From NCBI GenBank assembly GCA_038228115.1, contig JBBRPM010000006.1, positions 93,366-157,365 of the forward strand: DNA of 64,000 nucleotides, written 5' to 3'. Numbering within the stretch: the stretch's first letter is position 1; each line of letters starts with the position of its first letter. The notes beneath the pieces were generated by a model. It made no database searches and was not told the DNA's origin. It saw nothing but the letters and a program-made list of their open reading frames with translations. The translations under genes were made by a program, and so were the position numbers. This document shows positions 17,925-27,655 of this stretch, piece after piece. The DNA is from Chthoniobacterales bacterium (GTDB taxonomy: Bacteria > Verrucomicrobiota > Verrucomicrobiia > Chthoniobacterales > Chthoniobacteraceae).

Positions 17925-19109
17925 TTAAAACTGCGTAAGCACCGGCGAATTGCGAAACGCAACGGCGGCATTTTTCACCGTGGCGAGCTGGCTGAGACGC
18001 TGATCCAGAGCCAGAGCGGCACCGCGGGCGGCGCGGCCGAGTTCCGTTTCGCGTCCGAGATCTTCAGCGAGGCGGTTGAGAATGGTGACGGCTTCCGGGC
18101 GCTGCGTCTCGGCGAGAGCCTGCAGGGCGGCGATGCGGAAGACGGAGTTCGTTTTCGTTTCCAGTGCCCATTTCGGGAGCATGTCGATGGCGACATCGGG
18201 ATAAAAACGAGCGATGCCGTAGAGTGCGTAGTGGCGCGTGGCGGGCTCGCCGGAGAGCAGCTCGGTTTTCCAATAGCTCCACTCGTCCGAACCCGAGATG
18301 CCGTAGTAGCGCATGGCCGCGGGACGTGAGAGCGGCTCGATCATCGCTTCGATGCGGAGCTGCGGATTCAGCGTCATGGCCACGCTGGAATCCGCGATGC
18401 CCATTTCGCGCAGGGCGCCGAGCGCGGTGATGATGTCGTAGGTTTCCACGCGGAAGGCGTCGGTGTTGAAACGGCTTTCCAGCTCGCTCGTGCCGGAGGT
18501 GAATTTTGCCACGCTGTTCAGCGGCAGATTTTCATTTACGGCGAGGATCGCGGTCTGGATCGCGCCGGGCGAAAGTTCGAGATGATCCTGCGCATAAGTC
18601 AGGAGCGTTTCGATGCGCGGGACGTGATTGTAAGTGATGACGTAGGGCGCGCCGCCAAAGCTATTCCCGGAGCGCGTGGCGGCGGTCTGGAAAGTCGCCT
18701 GCGCCGATTTACCGGCTTCGATTTCCACCTCTGTCGGACGCGTCACGACGACGGCATTGCGTCCGGATTCAAACACGAGCCCGACTTCCACCCGCGCTTG
18801 CAACGTCGTGGTTCCGGGATTGGAAAGTGTGGCCCGCACCGCGTCGCGACCGTTGCCGTTGAAGACGGCCTTTATCCGCCCCTGCTCAATCGCGGCCTGA
18901 AGATCCACGGCCTCCGCCGGTCCGGCGAGGACCGGAGCGGGCGCGCCGGAATCGTGAGAACTCATCGCGGAAACTGCCGCCAGCGCGACGACCGCAGCCT
19001 GCGCCATGGAAGGCGACGGCATCGCGGGTTGAGTTGATTGCGGCCACAGCCAATAACCGCCGGCTGCGAGGACCGGTGCAAGGACGACTGCCAGAGCTTT
19101 TGCATTCAT
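17925..19109 (-). CDS. Secreted hypothetical protein with C-terminal alpha-helical (HEAT-like) repeats
   Basis: Start at MNAKALAVV (signal peptide); about 395 aa; no catalytic motif recognised. Confidence 0.45.
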   Translation of the reverse strand: MNAKALAVVLAPVLAAGGYWLWPQSTQPAMPSPSMAQAAVVALAAVSAMSSHDSGAPAPVLAGPAEAVDLQAAIEQGRIKAVFNGNGRDAVRATLSNPGTTTLQARVEVGLVFESGRNAVVVTRPTEVEIEAGKSAQATFQTAATRSGNSFGGAPYVITYNHVPRIETLLTYAQDHLELSPGAIQTAILAVNENLPLNSVAKFTSGTSELESRFNTDAFRVETYDIITALGALREMGIADSSVAMTLNPQLRIEAMIEPLSRPAAMRYYGISGSDEWSYWKTELLSGEPATRHYALYGIARFYPDVAIDMLPKWALETKTNSVFRIAALQALAETQRPEAVTILNRLAEDLGRETELGRAARGAALALDQRLSQLATVKNAAVAFRNSPVLTQF

Positions 19110-19195
19110 AGATATTGCTTTTCTGAGCATCGGTCGGGCCAAGGGCGGGAAATTTCTTGTCGGTGAAGATCCGCCCGCCGATTCTCCCCGGCACG

Positions 19196-19729
19196 ATGCG
19201 CTACTCGGAATTCGTCGATCAGCTTCTTTCCCACGATCTCCTGTCGGCGCTCCAGCCGAAAAGCTCGCTCGACAGCGATCTCGTCCGCCGCGTGCTCGGC
19301 GCGAGCGACGCCTCCATCGCCGGGGGAAAATCTCCAGCTCACGCGGGCATGTTCGCGCTGGTAAAAGGCGGCCTCCTTTACGCGCTGGATGCACTGCCCG
19401 AGGCGCACGCGATTTTCCAGGAGGCCAGCGACGACACCGGCTCCTACTGGCACGGCATGCTCCACCGCCGCGAGGGCGATTTCGACAACGCCCGCTACTG
19501 GTTTCGTCGCGCCGGAACGCTCCCTTTCTTCTCAGAAGCGCACCGCAATTCCGCCACGCACTCCCCGACGATGGCGCGTCAATCGAACTGGGACCCGTAT
19601 CTTTTCACCGGCCAGTGCGAGCAAGTCCGCTTCGGCGACGAAGACCTCACCGCCGAAATGCGCGCCCTGCAACGCGTCGAGTTCGACGCGATCTTCGACT
19701 ACTGCTGGCGGCAGGCTGCGCTGGATTGA
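19196..19729 (+). CDS. Hypothetical protein
   Basis: ORF divergent from the upstream gene; start MRYSEF chosen; no recognisable domain. Confidence 0.3.
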   Translation: MRYSEFVDQLLSHDLLSALQPKSSLDSDLVRRVLGASDASIAGGKSPAHAGMFALVKGGLLYALDALPEAHAIFQEASDDTGSYWHGMLHRREGDFDNARYWFRRAGTLPFFSEAHRNSATHSPTMARQSNWDPYLFTGQCEQVRFGDEDLTAEMRALQRVEFDAIFDYCWRQAALD

Positions 19730-19751
19730 ACGGCGGCAGTCGCGCCTTGCC

Positions 19752-20645
19752 TCACGTCGCGAAAAACGGGTTCCCGGATTTCTCCGCACCCACCGTGCTC
19801 ATCGGCCCGTGTCGGGGGCAAATCACGGTGGACTCGGGCAGCGTCAGAATCTCCGTGCGCACCGTCTTTAACGCCGCTCCGTAGGAATACATCGCGCAGC
19901 CCATCGACCCGGCGAGGATGGAATCGCCGACGATGGCGACCGGGGTGGCGAGACCGGCGATCACGTAACTGACGCAGTCCTCCGTGTGGCCAGGCGTGGA
20001 CCGCGCATGGACGGTCAGGCCTCCCGCGCGAAAGCTTTGCCCCGCCGTGAGCAATTCTGCACCCGGCAGCGGCGCATGACCGGCGCAGAACGCCTCCGCT
20101 CCCAGCCGGCGGAGTTCATCCAATCCGAAACAGTCATCCGGATGCGAGTGCGTGATGAAGGCATGTGATAGCCGCAAGCGGTGCGCTTCTAAAAATCGGG
20201 CGATCTGGGAACAGTCCGCCGGCGGGTCGAAAACCACGGCGGTTGCGGTGTCCGGACTCCACGCGATCCAAGTGTTTTGGACGAGGCCGTAAGCCTTGGT
20301 GGAAACGGCCCGCAACCCCTTCACTGAAGGCAGGGGTGGAAACCATCTCTTTTCCCCGAGCCCGCAAAGGGCATTGGTGGAAAGGCCCAGGAAACCCGCG
20401 ACTCGCGCTGCTCCTTCCCGGGTGAATTCCCCCTGGCACAGCGCGTAAATCGCCTCGCTGCCCGTCATCTCCGCCACCTCACATTTTCGCAGCCCATTTC
20501 CCCGCATCGCCTTTTCGATCACCGATACGTAACTATCCACGATGCAGCCATCCGAGCTGCCCAAAACCCGACCGCACGCGGCGCTCACTGCCCCGCTGCC
20601 GATCTTCCGAATTATTTCCGCCACCGTCCTCAAGTGCCATCTCAT
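19752..20645 (-). CDS. MBL-fold metallo-hydrolase with N-terminal extension
   Basis: HxHxDH motif (ITHSHPDDCFG) and downstream His/Asp ligands. Confidence 0.65.
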   Translation of the reverse strand: MRWHLRTVAEIIRKIGSGAVSAACGRVLGSSDGCIVDSYVSVIEKAMRGNGLRKCEVAEMTGSEAIYALCQGEFTREGAARVAGFLGLSTNALCGLGEKRWFPPLPSVKGLRAVSTKAYGLVQNTWIAWSPDTATAVVFDPPADCSQIARFLEAHRLRLSHAFITHSHPDDCFGLDELRRLGAEAFCAGHAPLPGAELLTAGQSFRAGGLTVHARSTPGHTEDCVSYVIAGLATPVAIVGDSILAGSMGCAMYSYGAALKTVRTEILTLPESTVICPRHGPMSTVGAEKSGNPFFAT

Positions 20646-20678
20646 CCCCGTTACCTCCGTTATATTTTTGTTATTTAG

Positions 20679-21569
20679 TTAGTCTGCTTGATGCCTTCCT
20701 TTGAAAGTTAGCTCCGCGATCCCCGATTTGTCGAGTTCGCCGAGGCCTTCAAAAACCATTTTGTCATACTGCGCCTTCGTCGCTTCCGCGAGCGGCAGTT
20801 CCACGCCGACTTCGCGCCCGAGCCGCACCGCGATCCCGCTGTCCTTGGCGGCGTGCGCGGCGCTGAAAAAACACGAGTGATCGCGGTTTTGCATGTCCTC
20901 GCCGTCGGTGGCGAGCACGCGGGAGTTCGCGCCGGTTTGGGAGAAAACTTCGCGCAGCATCGTGAGATCGAGCCCGAGCGCGTCGCCGAGCCCGAGCCCT
21001 TCGGCGAGGCCCGCGGTGTTGATATTCATGACCATGTTCACCAGCGCCTTCACCTTCGCCGCCTGGCCAGTGCCGCCGACGTAACGCATGGAGCCCGCGA
21101 GCTTTTCCAGCACCGGTTTCGCCTTTTCAAAGACGGACGGTTTTCCCCCGAGCATGAGATATAGCGAACCCTCGCGCGCCTGCGTGATGCTCGACGCCAT
21201 GCAGGCTTCGAGCGATTCCGCGCCCACTTTTTCCGCACGCCGCTCGGTCTCCACATGCGTCGCCGGCGAGATCGTGGCGCAGTTGATGAAAAGCTTCCCG
21301 CTCGCTCCCGTGAGCAGCGAATCGCCACGCTCCGCAAAGATCGTATCCATCGCCTCGTCATCAGTCACGACCGTGATGATAACGTCCGCCGCCGCCGTCA
21401 CGCCCGCGAGCGTTTCCGGCGCGTTTGCGCCGAGTTCCCCAGCGAGTTTCACGGCCGATTCGCGAAAGCGATCATACACGGCGCTGACGGTGAAACCTTG
21501 ATCCTTGAGGCGGCGCGCCATGTTTGCACCCATGCGACCCACTCCGACGAAAGCAACTTTTTGAGACAT
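20679..21569 (-). CDS. NAD(P)-dependent 3-hydroxyisobutyrate/6-phosphogluconate dehydrogenase-like oxidoreductase
   Basis: Start at MSQKVAFVGVGRMGANMA (Rossmann GxGxxG); HIBADH-like body. Confidence 0.75.
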   Translation of the reverse strand: MSQKVAFVGVGRMGANMARRLKDQGFTVSAVYDRFRESAVKLAGELGANAPETLAGVTAAADVIITVVTDDEAMDTIFAERGDSLLTGASGKLFINCATISPATHVETERRAEKVGAESLEACMASSITQAREGSLYLMLGGKPSVFEKAKPVLEKLAGSMRYVGGTGQAAKVKALVNMVMNINTAGLAEGLGLGDALGLDLTMLREVFSQTGANSRVLATDGEDMQNRDHSCFFSAAHAAKDSGIAVRLGREVGVELPLAEATKAQYDKMVFEGLGELDKSGIAELTFKGRHQAD

Positions 21570-21852
21570 TTTTTGGAAGCTGAAGTTTGTCGCGGCAGGA
21601 TGGGCGAGCCTCGTTGGCGGAGGCAAGCGGCAAGTATCACTTCGTGAAAAACATTTCCGGTTTTCGGTCTCATGCCGTCGAACCGGTTGAAGCGAACACG
21701 CCGGTTTTAGGCCGTCATTCGAAATTCATTAATTCAAGGTAAAGGCGGTCGAAAATGTGGGTGCCGAGGGCGAGACCCGGTTCGATCATGAATGGTGCGC
21801 CGCGAGCGACGAGCTCAGCCCGAAGCAGCGCGTGAACTTTCGGCAGATGATA

Positions 21853-22200
21853 CTACGGAACTCCGGGGTAAAGATGATGTTCGAGATGATAGTTCTCATT
21901 GCACATGAAGAAGGTCGTGAGGATGGTGCGCGTCCCCGGCACTTCGTCATTGTGATGTTCTTCCAGCAGGGTGTGCTGGCTCATCCCGCGGATGTTCAAG
22001 AAAGTGTTAATGATCAACATCGGGATCAACCATGCGTGAATGAAGACTGGCATTGGAATCTGCAAAAGCGCGGTGACTGGTAACCCAGCGGCGGCGACTT
22101 CGGCCAGGATACCGGCGTGTAGTTTGGGGAATAGTCGGGGTCGCCGTGATGTGTCTTCGATTTTGCGGACAGGGCTTTCAAAGACGAAAGGAAAAGCCAT
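21853..22200 (-). pseudogene. Fatty-acid desaturase-family fragment (C-terminal His-box region only)
   Basis: 115-aa ORF ending NENYHLEHHLYPGVP (third His box), bounded upstream by two in-frame stops. Far too short for a functional desaturase. Confidence 0.4.
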
Positions 22201-22296
22201 GTCAGAACCAAACGGTAAATTTGCTCGCCGTTACGACCGCGAGTTTATGGAAAATGCCGGGACTGAAAATCGCTGGAGGAATAGGACGCCCACATT

Positions 22297-22839
22297 TCAC
22301 CACGGCGCCTGCTCTTCGATCCGCAGGAGCTTTGGTTCGGAAATTTTTTCTGCCCGCGAAAGCGAGCGCACGAGAAGCCAGCCGAAGACCGCGATGGCGA
22401 TCGTGAGTCCGACGGTGCTCAGCCAGTGACGCGGCTTGAAACGACGGAATTGCGGGGCGTAGGCGAGCAGCGCGAGTGCGGCGGCGACGACGGCGACGGC
22501 ATCCCAGCTCGCGCGCTGCCAGTAGCTGCCGCCGAGGTGCAGCCACATTCCAAATTCATCGAAGGTGAGCCCGAGGCCGATGCCGTAAAGGCTGCACGCG
22601 AGCGTCTTCCTTTTTCCCTCGGGCGAACCAAGCAGCGACCACGCGCCGACGACGCTGAGGAGGAAGATGCCGTAGTTGAGATGGTGGATGTGGTTTCCGC
22701 CGAGGTGCAGGTAGAAATCCGGCACGCGTCGCAGCATGATGAGCAGCACCATGCCGCGCGAGGCGAGGAAGGTGCAGAGGAAGCTGAAGAGGATCGTGCG
22801 CGCGTAGCGTGGATCGATGGCGAATGCGGGCGGGTTCAC
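22297..22839 (-). CDS. Hypothetical integral membrane protein
   Basis: 180-aa ORF with 4 to 5 hydrophobic segments and a His cluster (GGNHIHHL). Confidence 0.4.
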   Translation of the reverse strand: MNPPAFAIDPRYARTILFSFLCTFLASRGMVLLIMLRRVPDFYLHLGGNHIHHLNYGIFLLSVVGAWSLLGSPEGKRKTLACSLYGIGLGLTFDEFGMWLHLGGSYWQRASWDAVAVVAAALALLAYAPQFRRFKPRHWLSTVGLTIAIAVFGWLLVRSLSRAEKISEPKLLRIEEQAPW

Positions 22840-22845
22840 GCGGCG

Positions 22846-23487
22846 TCAGGCTCCGGCGAGGAGGTTCACGCTGAGGGCGACGACGCCGACATTGAAGACG
22901 AAGGCGAGGAGCGAATGGAGCGTGGCGAGGCGTCGCAGGGCGGTGGTGTTCAGGCTTACGTCGGAGGTCTGGAAAGTCATGCCGATGGTGTAGGCGAAAT
23001 AGACGAAGTCCCAAAAGGTCGGCTCTTCATCGCCGGGGAAACCGAGACCTTTCGACGCCTCCGCCGCGGCGCCGTAGTGGCGGTGCATGTATTGCAGCGA
23101 GAAGATCATATTTCCAAAACACCACGCGACCAGCAGCGTGCCGATGATCAGCGCCAGCTCGGCGTGCGAGCGCCGCGCTTTGTTTCCCAGCTCGTCGGTG
23201 ACGGCGACCAGCACGACGGCGAAGACGAGCACGGCGAGCAGCAGCAGCGTGCGCTGGCCGGAGTCGTAACGCTCCACGCGCGAGCGCAGCGATTCCGGCT
23301 CGGCGGAGGAAAGCGCGAGGGCGATCCAGATGAGATAGACGAGCGCGGCAGCATCGAAGCCGGCGAGCAGCGCGAGCTGATCGCGGTACAGCCACCAGCC
23401 GAGCGCGGAGGCGAGCGGGAGCACGAGGGCGAACGCGATGACCTGCGGTTGCCGCGGGATGTGTCGGGCGATGAAATTCGGGAGCAT
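22846..23487 (-). CDS. DUF1345-family membrane protein
   Basis: Start at MLPNFIARH; multi-TM ORF resembling DUF1345. Confidence 0.45.
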   Translation of the reverse strand: MLPNFIARHIPRQPQVIAFALVLPLASALGWWLYRDQLALLAGFDAAALVYLIWIALALSSAEPESLRSRVERYDSGQRTLLLLAVLVFAVVLVAVTDELGNKARRSHAELALIIGTLLVAWCFGNMIFSLQYMHRHYGAAAEASKGLGFPGDEEPTFWDFVYFAYTIGMTFQTSDVSLNTTALRRLATLHSLLAFVFNVGVVALSVNLLAGA

Positions 23488-23575
23488 GGCTGGAGGCGAG
23501 ATTGCACCGCGACAGGCGCGACGCCACGCTTGAATTGACGCGCGCTTTTTTGTCGAAGTTTTTCCGGGCGCGGGT

Positions 23576-24196
23576 TTGAGTTCGCTTCCCATGTTTCGCT
23601 TCCTTCGGACGCTGATTTTCGTGACCCTTTTTTCGGCGCTGACCGCCGCGAGCCTGTTGCTGTGGCTGTCGGCGGACCCGCTTTACACCGCGCAGGAATG
23701 GCTCGGGCAGGGGCGGTTTCATGAGTATGACGAGGCGATCCGCGAGGTGGCGGAGAAGCAGGGCATCGAACCCGAATTGATCAAGGCGCTCGTGTGGCGC
23801 GAGAGTGCGTTTCATGCGGACAAGATCGGGACGAGTGGCGAGCGCGGGCTGATGCAGGTGGGCGAGGCGGCGGGAGGCGACTGGGCGAAAACAGAGAAGT
23901 TGGAGACATTCGTGCCGACGGATCTTTTCGACTCGCGGATGAATCTGGAAGCGGGCGCGTGGTATTTGCGGCGTGCGATGGATCACTGGAAATCGAAGGA
24001 AAATCCCCTGCCCTTTGCGCTCGCGGAATACAACGCGGGCCGCACGCGCGTGGATCGCTGGATCGCGGCGACGAACATGGGCGATCAGGCGAACGCGGAT
24101 GATTTGATGGGCGCGATCGACTACCCGACCACGCGGCGCTACGTGGAGGAAATCACGCGGCGCGCGCAGTTTTATCGGGATCGCGGACGGCTTTAG
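23576..24196 (+). CDS. Lytic transglycosylase (SLT domain)
   Basis: Core motifs ESAFHADKIG...GLMQV and AEYNAG. Start is TTG 23576 or ATG 23591. Confidence 0.7.
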   Translation: MSSLPMFRFLRTLIFVTLFSALTAASLLLWLSADPLYTAQEWLGQGRFHEYDEAIREVAEKQGIEPELIKALVWRESAFHADKIGTSGERGLMQVGEAAGGDWAKTEKLETFVPTDLFDSRMNLEAGAWYLRRAMDHWKSKENPLPFALAEYNAGRTRVDRWIAATNMGDQANADDLMGAIDYPTTRRYVEEITRRAQFYRDRGRL

Positions 24197-24238
24197 GTTT
24201 GCCGAGCGCACGCGGCGGGATGAACTTGCGCGAAGCCT

Positions 24239-26815
24239 ATGAAAGCTCCCCAGCTCCTCCTGTGCCTCCTCGCCGCGGTGTCTTCCGCCCGCGCGCTCGA
24301 TCAAAACGCGAATCAACAGAGCGATGTGTGGGAGATGATTTTCGGCGCGAGCGGGCTAAGTGCCAATGCGGATGCGGATGGCGATGGCTGGAGCAATGCG
24401 AGCGAGAGCGCGGCGGGGACGAATCCCTTCGATGGCGCGTCGTTTCCGAGTCTGCTGCTGGAGTCGCAGCAAGGGATCGCCCTGAATTTTGCGTGGGCCG
24501 GTTTGGAGGGGAAAAAGTATTCGCTGTTCACGAGTCTCGATTTGCTCGGCGAGTGGGTGCCTGCCGTGCCGAGCGTGATAGGGCAAGGCGCGACGGCGCA
24601 TTTGCAGGTGTCGCTCGGGGGAGGTAGTCAGCGTTTTTTCCGGCTGAATATCGCGGATCAGGATAGCGATGGGGACGGCATCAATGATTGGGAAGAGCGC
24701 GCGATCGGCTTCGATCCGACGCGCACACACACGGAGCGAAATGCAGCACTGGATTCCGCGCGCGTGTCGGCGGGGCTGGTGGCGGCGAACACGATTTCGG
24801 TTTCGACTTACGACAAGACGTGCAGCGAACGCTGGCCTGATCCGGCGGTGTTTGTCGTGCGGCGCAGCGGTGGTTTGCAGCCGCTTTCGGTGAATGTCGC
24901 GTTCACCGGGACGGCGACGCGCGGGGTGGATTACACGACTTCGATTCCGGGAACCGTGGTGAGTTTTCCCGCAGGCGTGCGCGAGGTTTTCGTGGAGATA
25001 AATCCAATCGCAGACAGCGACGACGCGGAAGCGACGGAGACCGTCGTGCTCACGGCGAATGCGGGCGCGGGATATTCGGTGAGCGCACCGAGTTCAGACA
25101 GCGTTTCGATTTTGAATGAGACGGCGACGAGCCCACCGACGGCAAAAGCGGCCGCGCGATTTTTGATCCAGGCCGCGTTCGGCCCCGATCAGGACACGAC
25201 CGGCGACGACATTCCTGAAAACGTCGCAACCGTGATGCAGCAAGGATTTGCGGGGTGGATCGACGATCAATTTGCGCGGCCCATCGGTCTCCTCAGTCCC
25301 ATGCAACAGTGGGAAGCTGCGCAGCCCGGCAGCATGGAAATCTATAACGACACGAAACAAAACGCGTGGTGGGGACGCGTGATGGAACTCCGAAAGCTGT
25401 GGCCAGATGCGACCATGAAGCAGGAGCAAGATTCCGACCCGCTGCGCCAGCGCGTCGCCTTTGCGCTCAGCGAAATCTTTGTGATCTCCGATCGCATGGA
25501 AGCTCTCGGATCGAGCCCCGGCGGCATGGTGAATTTCTACGATCTACTCGTCACCAACGCGCTCGGAAATTATCGCGACCTTCTGCTCGGCGTCTCGCTG
25601 CATCCCTGCATGGGCCTGTATCTCAGCCATCTCGGCAACCGCAAAGCCGATCCGGTCGCCCACACTTTTCCCGACGAAAACTACGCGCGCGAAGTGATGC
25701 AACTTTTCAGCATCGGCCTCTGGATGCTGAACCCCGACGGGACGCGCCAACTCGACGGACAAGGCCAGCCGATCGCGACTTACTCGAACGCAAACATCAC
25801 GGAAATGGCGCGCGTTTTCACCGGCCTCTCACATGGCGACAACGCGCAATTCAACGGCTACTCCGCTGCGCTCAATGTGCCGATGGTGGGCTTCGACTCG
25901 GAGCACGATCTCGCGCCGAAAACGCTGCTGCTCGGCGCGACCACGCCCGCGCGGATGATTGATCCTATCCATCCTGGCAAAGCGACGATGGACGATGTGA
26001 ACGCGGCGATCGCCAATCTCTTCGATCACCCGAACGTCGGCCCGTTTCTCGCGCGACAGCTCATCCAGCGGATGGTCACATCGAATCCGTCGCCCGCCTA
26101 CATCGGACGCGTCGCCGCGAAATTTGCGAACAACGGCGCAGGCGTGCGCGGCGACATGAAGGCGGTCGTGAAACAGATCCTGCTCGATCCCGAGGCGCGC
26201 GATCCGGCGATGCTCGCGGACCCGACTTTCGGGAAATTGCGCGAGCCGATTTTGAAAGTGGTGAACTTCGCGCGGGCCTTCAACGCGCGCAGCGTCGAGG
26301 GCTGGTTTTACCTCGACGCGTTCTCGCTCGATCACGCGCAGGAGCCGATGAAAGCGCCGAGCGTCTTCAACTTTTTCCTGCCCACCTACACGCCGCCCGG
26401 CGTGCTCGCGCAGAGCGGACTCGTCGCGCCGGAATTCCAGCTCGTGAACGCCTCGTCCGGCGTGACCGCGCCGAACTATTTCCGCAACGCGGTCTTCAAC
26501 GGGCTGCATCGTTGGGGCGTCGCCAATCCCAATCGCGCAGTAAAGCTGACGCTAACGCGCGAGATGCTGCTCAATGTGCCCGCGGCTGCGGTGAACGATC
26601 CATATCCGAACGTCGATCCGCTCGATCCCGATCCGCTGCTGCGCCGACTCGACCTCGTGCTGACCGGAGGCACCCTCACGCCGCGCAATTTCCAAATCAT
26701 CCGCGAAGCTCTGCAACGCCTCGGCCGCAACAGCGCCTACGACTGGCCGCACGAACGTCTGACGCTCGCAATTTACCTCATCGTCACCAGCCCCGAGTTT
26801 GCCGTGCAGCGTTGA
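24239..26815 (+). CDS. DUF1800-family secreted protein with thrombospondin-type-3-like Asp-rich repeats
   Basis: Signal peptide, DADGDGWSN and DSDGDGINDWEE repeats, then a large DUF1800-like body. Confidence 0.7.
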   Translation: MKAPQLLLCLLAAVSSARALDQNANQQSDVWEMIFGASGLSANADADGDGWSNASESAAGTNPFDGASFPSLLLESQQGIALNFAWAGLEGKKYSLFTSLDLLGEWVPAVPSVIGQGATAHLQVSLGGGSQRFFRLNIADQDSDGDGINDWEERAIGFDPTRTHTERNAALDSARVSAGLVAANTISVSTYDKTCSERWPDPAVFVVRRSGGLQPLSVNVAFTGTATRGVDYTTSIPGTVVSFPAGVREVFVEINPIADSDDAEATETVVLTANAGAGYSVSAPSSDSVSILNETATSPPTAKAAARFLIQAAFGPDQDTTGDDIPENVATVMQQGFAGWIDDQFARPIGLLSPMQQWEAAQPGSMEIYNDTKQNAWWGRVMELRKLWPDATMKQEQDSDPLRQRVAFALSEIFVISDRMEALGSSPGGMVNFYDLLVTNALGNYRDLLLGVSLHPCMGLYLSHLGNRKADPVAHTFPDENYAREVMQLFSIGLWMLNPDGTRQLDGQGQPIATYSNANITEMARVFTGLSHGDNAQFNGYSAALNVPMVGFDSEHDLAPKTLLLGATTPARMIDPIHPGKATMDDVNAAIANLFDHPNVGPFLARQLIQRMVTSNPSPAYIGRVAAKFANNGAGVRGDMKAVVKQILLDPEARDPAMLADPTFGKLREPILKVVNFARAFNARSVEGWFYLDAFSLDHAQEPMKAPSVFNFFLPTYTPPGVLAQSGLVAPEFQLVNASSGVTAPNYFRNAVFNGLHRWGVANPNRAVKLTLTREMLLNVPAAAVNDPYPNVDPLDPDPLLRRLDLVLTGGTLTPRNFQIIREALQRLGRNSAYDWPHERLTLAIYLIVTSPEFAVQR

Positions 26816-26826
26816 TGAAAACGAAC

Positions 26827-27210
26827 CTACGCAAACAACCGGCGGAGCAGCGCAGCCAGGCCGGGCTTGTCGAGTTCGCGATTCGCGATGGCGATCATGG
26901 CGTCGTAAAGCGCATCGATATCCGCCGGCAGCGGATTTCGCATCGGGTGATTCAGCGAGAGAAAGACAAGCGCCGCGCCGATGGCCGTGCGCTTGTTGCC
27001 GTCGATGAAAGCCTGCGCCTGCGCGATATGAAATGCGTAAGCCGCTGCGACATCAAACGCATCGCCGCCGCCGTAAAGCGCGGTATTGATCGCCGAGCCA
27101 AGCGCCGAATCAACGAGCCCATCATCGCGTGTGCCAGCGGCTCCGCCGTAGGCTTTCAGCGAGTCGAGATGGAGTTCATCGACTTCCGCACGTTCGAGAA
27201 AACGAAACAT
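26827..27210 (-). CDS. doc: Doc (death-on-curing) Fic-family toxin
   Basis: Fic/Doc motif HIAQAQAFIDGNKRTA. Confidence 0.75.
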   Translation of the reverse strand: MFRFLERAEVDELHLDSLKAYGGAAGTRDDGLVDSALGSAINTALYGGGDAFDVAAAYAFHIAQAQAFIDGNKRTAIGAALVFLSLNHPMRNPLPADIDALYDAMIAIANRELDKPGLAALLRRLFA

Positions 27211-27216
27211 TTTGCC

Positions 27217-27570
27217 TCACTGCGCGAGACGGCGCAGCAACTCCCCGTAGTTACCAAAAACGTATGCCTTTGCCTCCGCGAAGGTTTTTGCGATGGGCGC
27301 TATTCTTTTTTGCGCCTTTGCGGCCAACTTGCTCATCTTCTCTTTCGGCTCCTTGGCTCGTATCGGCTTCACCAATGCTGCTCGGAGAGCATCCATGATT
27401 TTCTTGCGAGCTTGAGGAGAGAGTTTGCCCTTACGAGATTGTGCTGTTTTCGACGAAGCCATCGAGCTTTCAGCAAGGATGGCATCGAGTTGGAACTGCA
27501 ACGAATCTATCTTCTCGGAGATGGCGAGAGCTTGCTTCAGTTTTGTGCGAGGCAGTGTGTGTTTGGTCAT
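27217..27570 (-). CDS. Putative antitoxin partner of Doc (Phd-like role)
   Basis: 117-aa basic ORF immediately upstream of doc with a 6-nt gap. Confidence 0.4.
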   Translation of the reverse strand: MTKHTLPRTKLKQALAISEKIDSLQFQLDAILAESSMASSKTAQSRKGKLSPQARKKIMDALRAALVKPIRAKEPKEKMSKLAAKAQKRIAPIAKTFAEAKAYVFGNYGELLRRLAQ

Positions 27571-27655
27571 GCAGCAGAGTCGTCTTTGATTTCAGAGAAA
27601 CATATGACGCGAAAATAGCGCACCCCATCCGCCCTTCCAACCCGCAATTCATCCC

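Noticed and set aside
22201-22839. Desaturase fragment and upstream membrane ORF as one frameshifted desaturase
   Set aside because: The two share a frame, but two in-frame stops separate them, and the upstream ORF lacks desaturase His-box spacing.
22426-23538. 370-aa plus-strand ORF
   Set aside because: Antisense to the DUF1345 and membrane-protein genes; Asp/Glu/Arg low complexity.
23027-24316. 429-aa minus-strand ORF
   Set aside because: Antisense to the lytic transglycosylase and DUF1345 genes; Arg-rich low-complexity translation.
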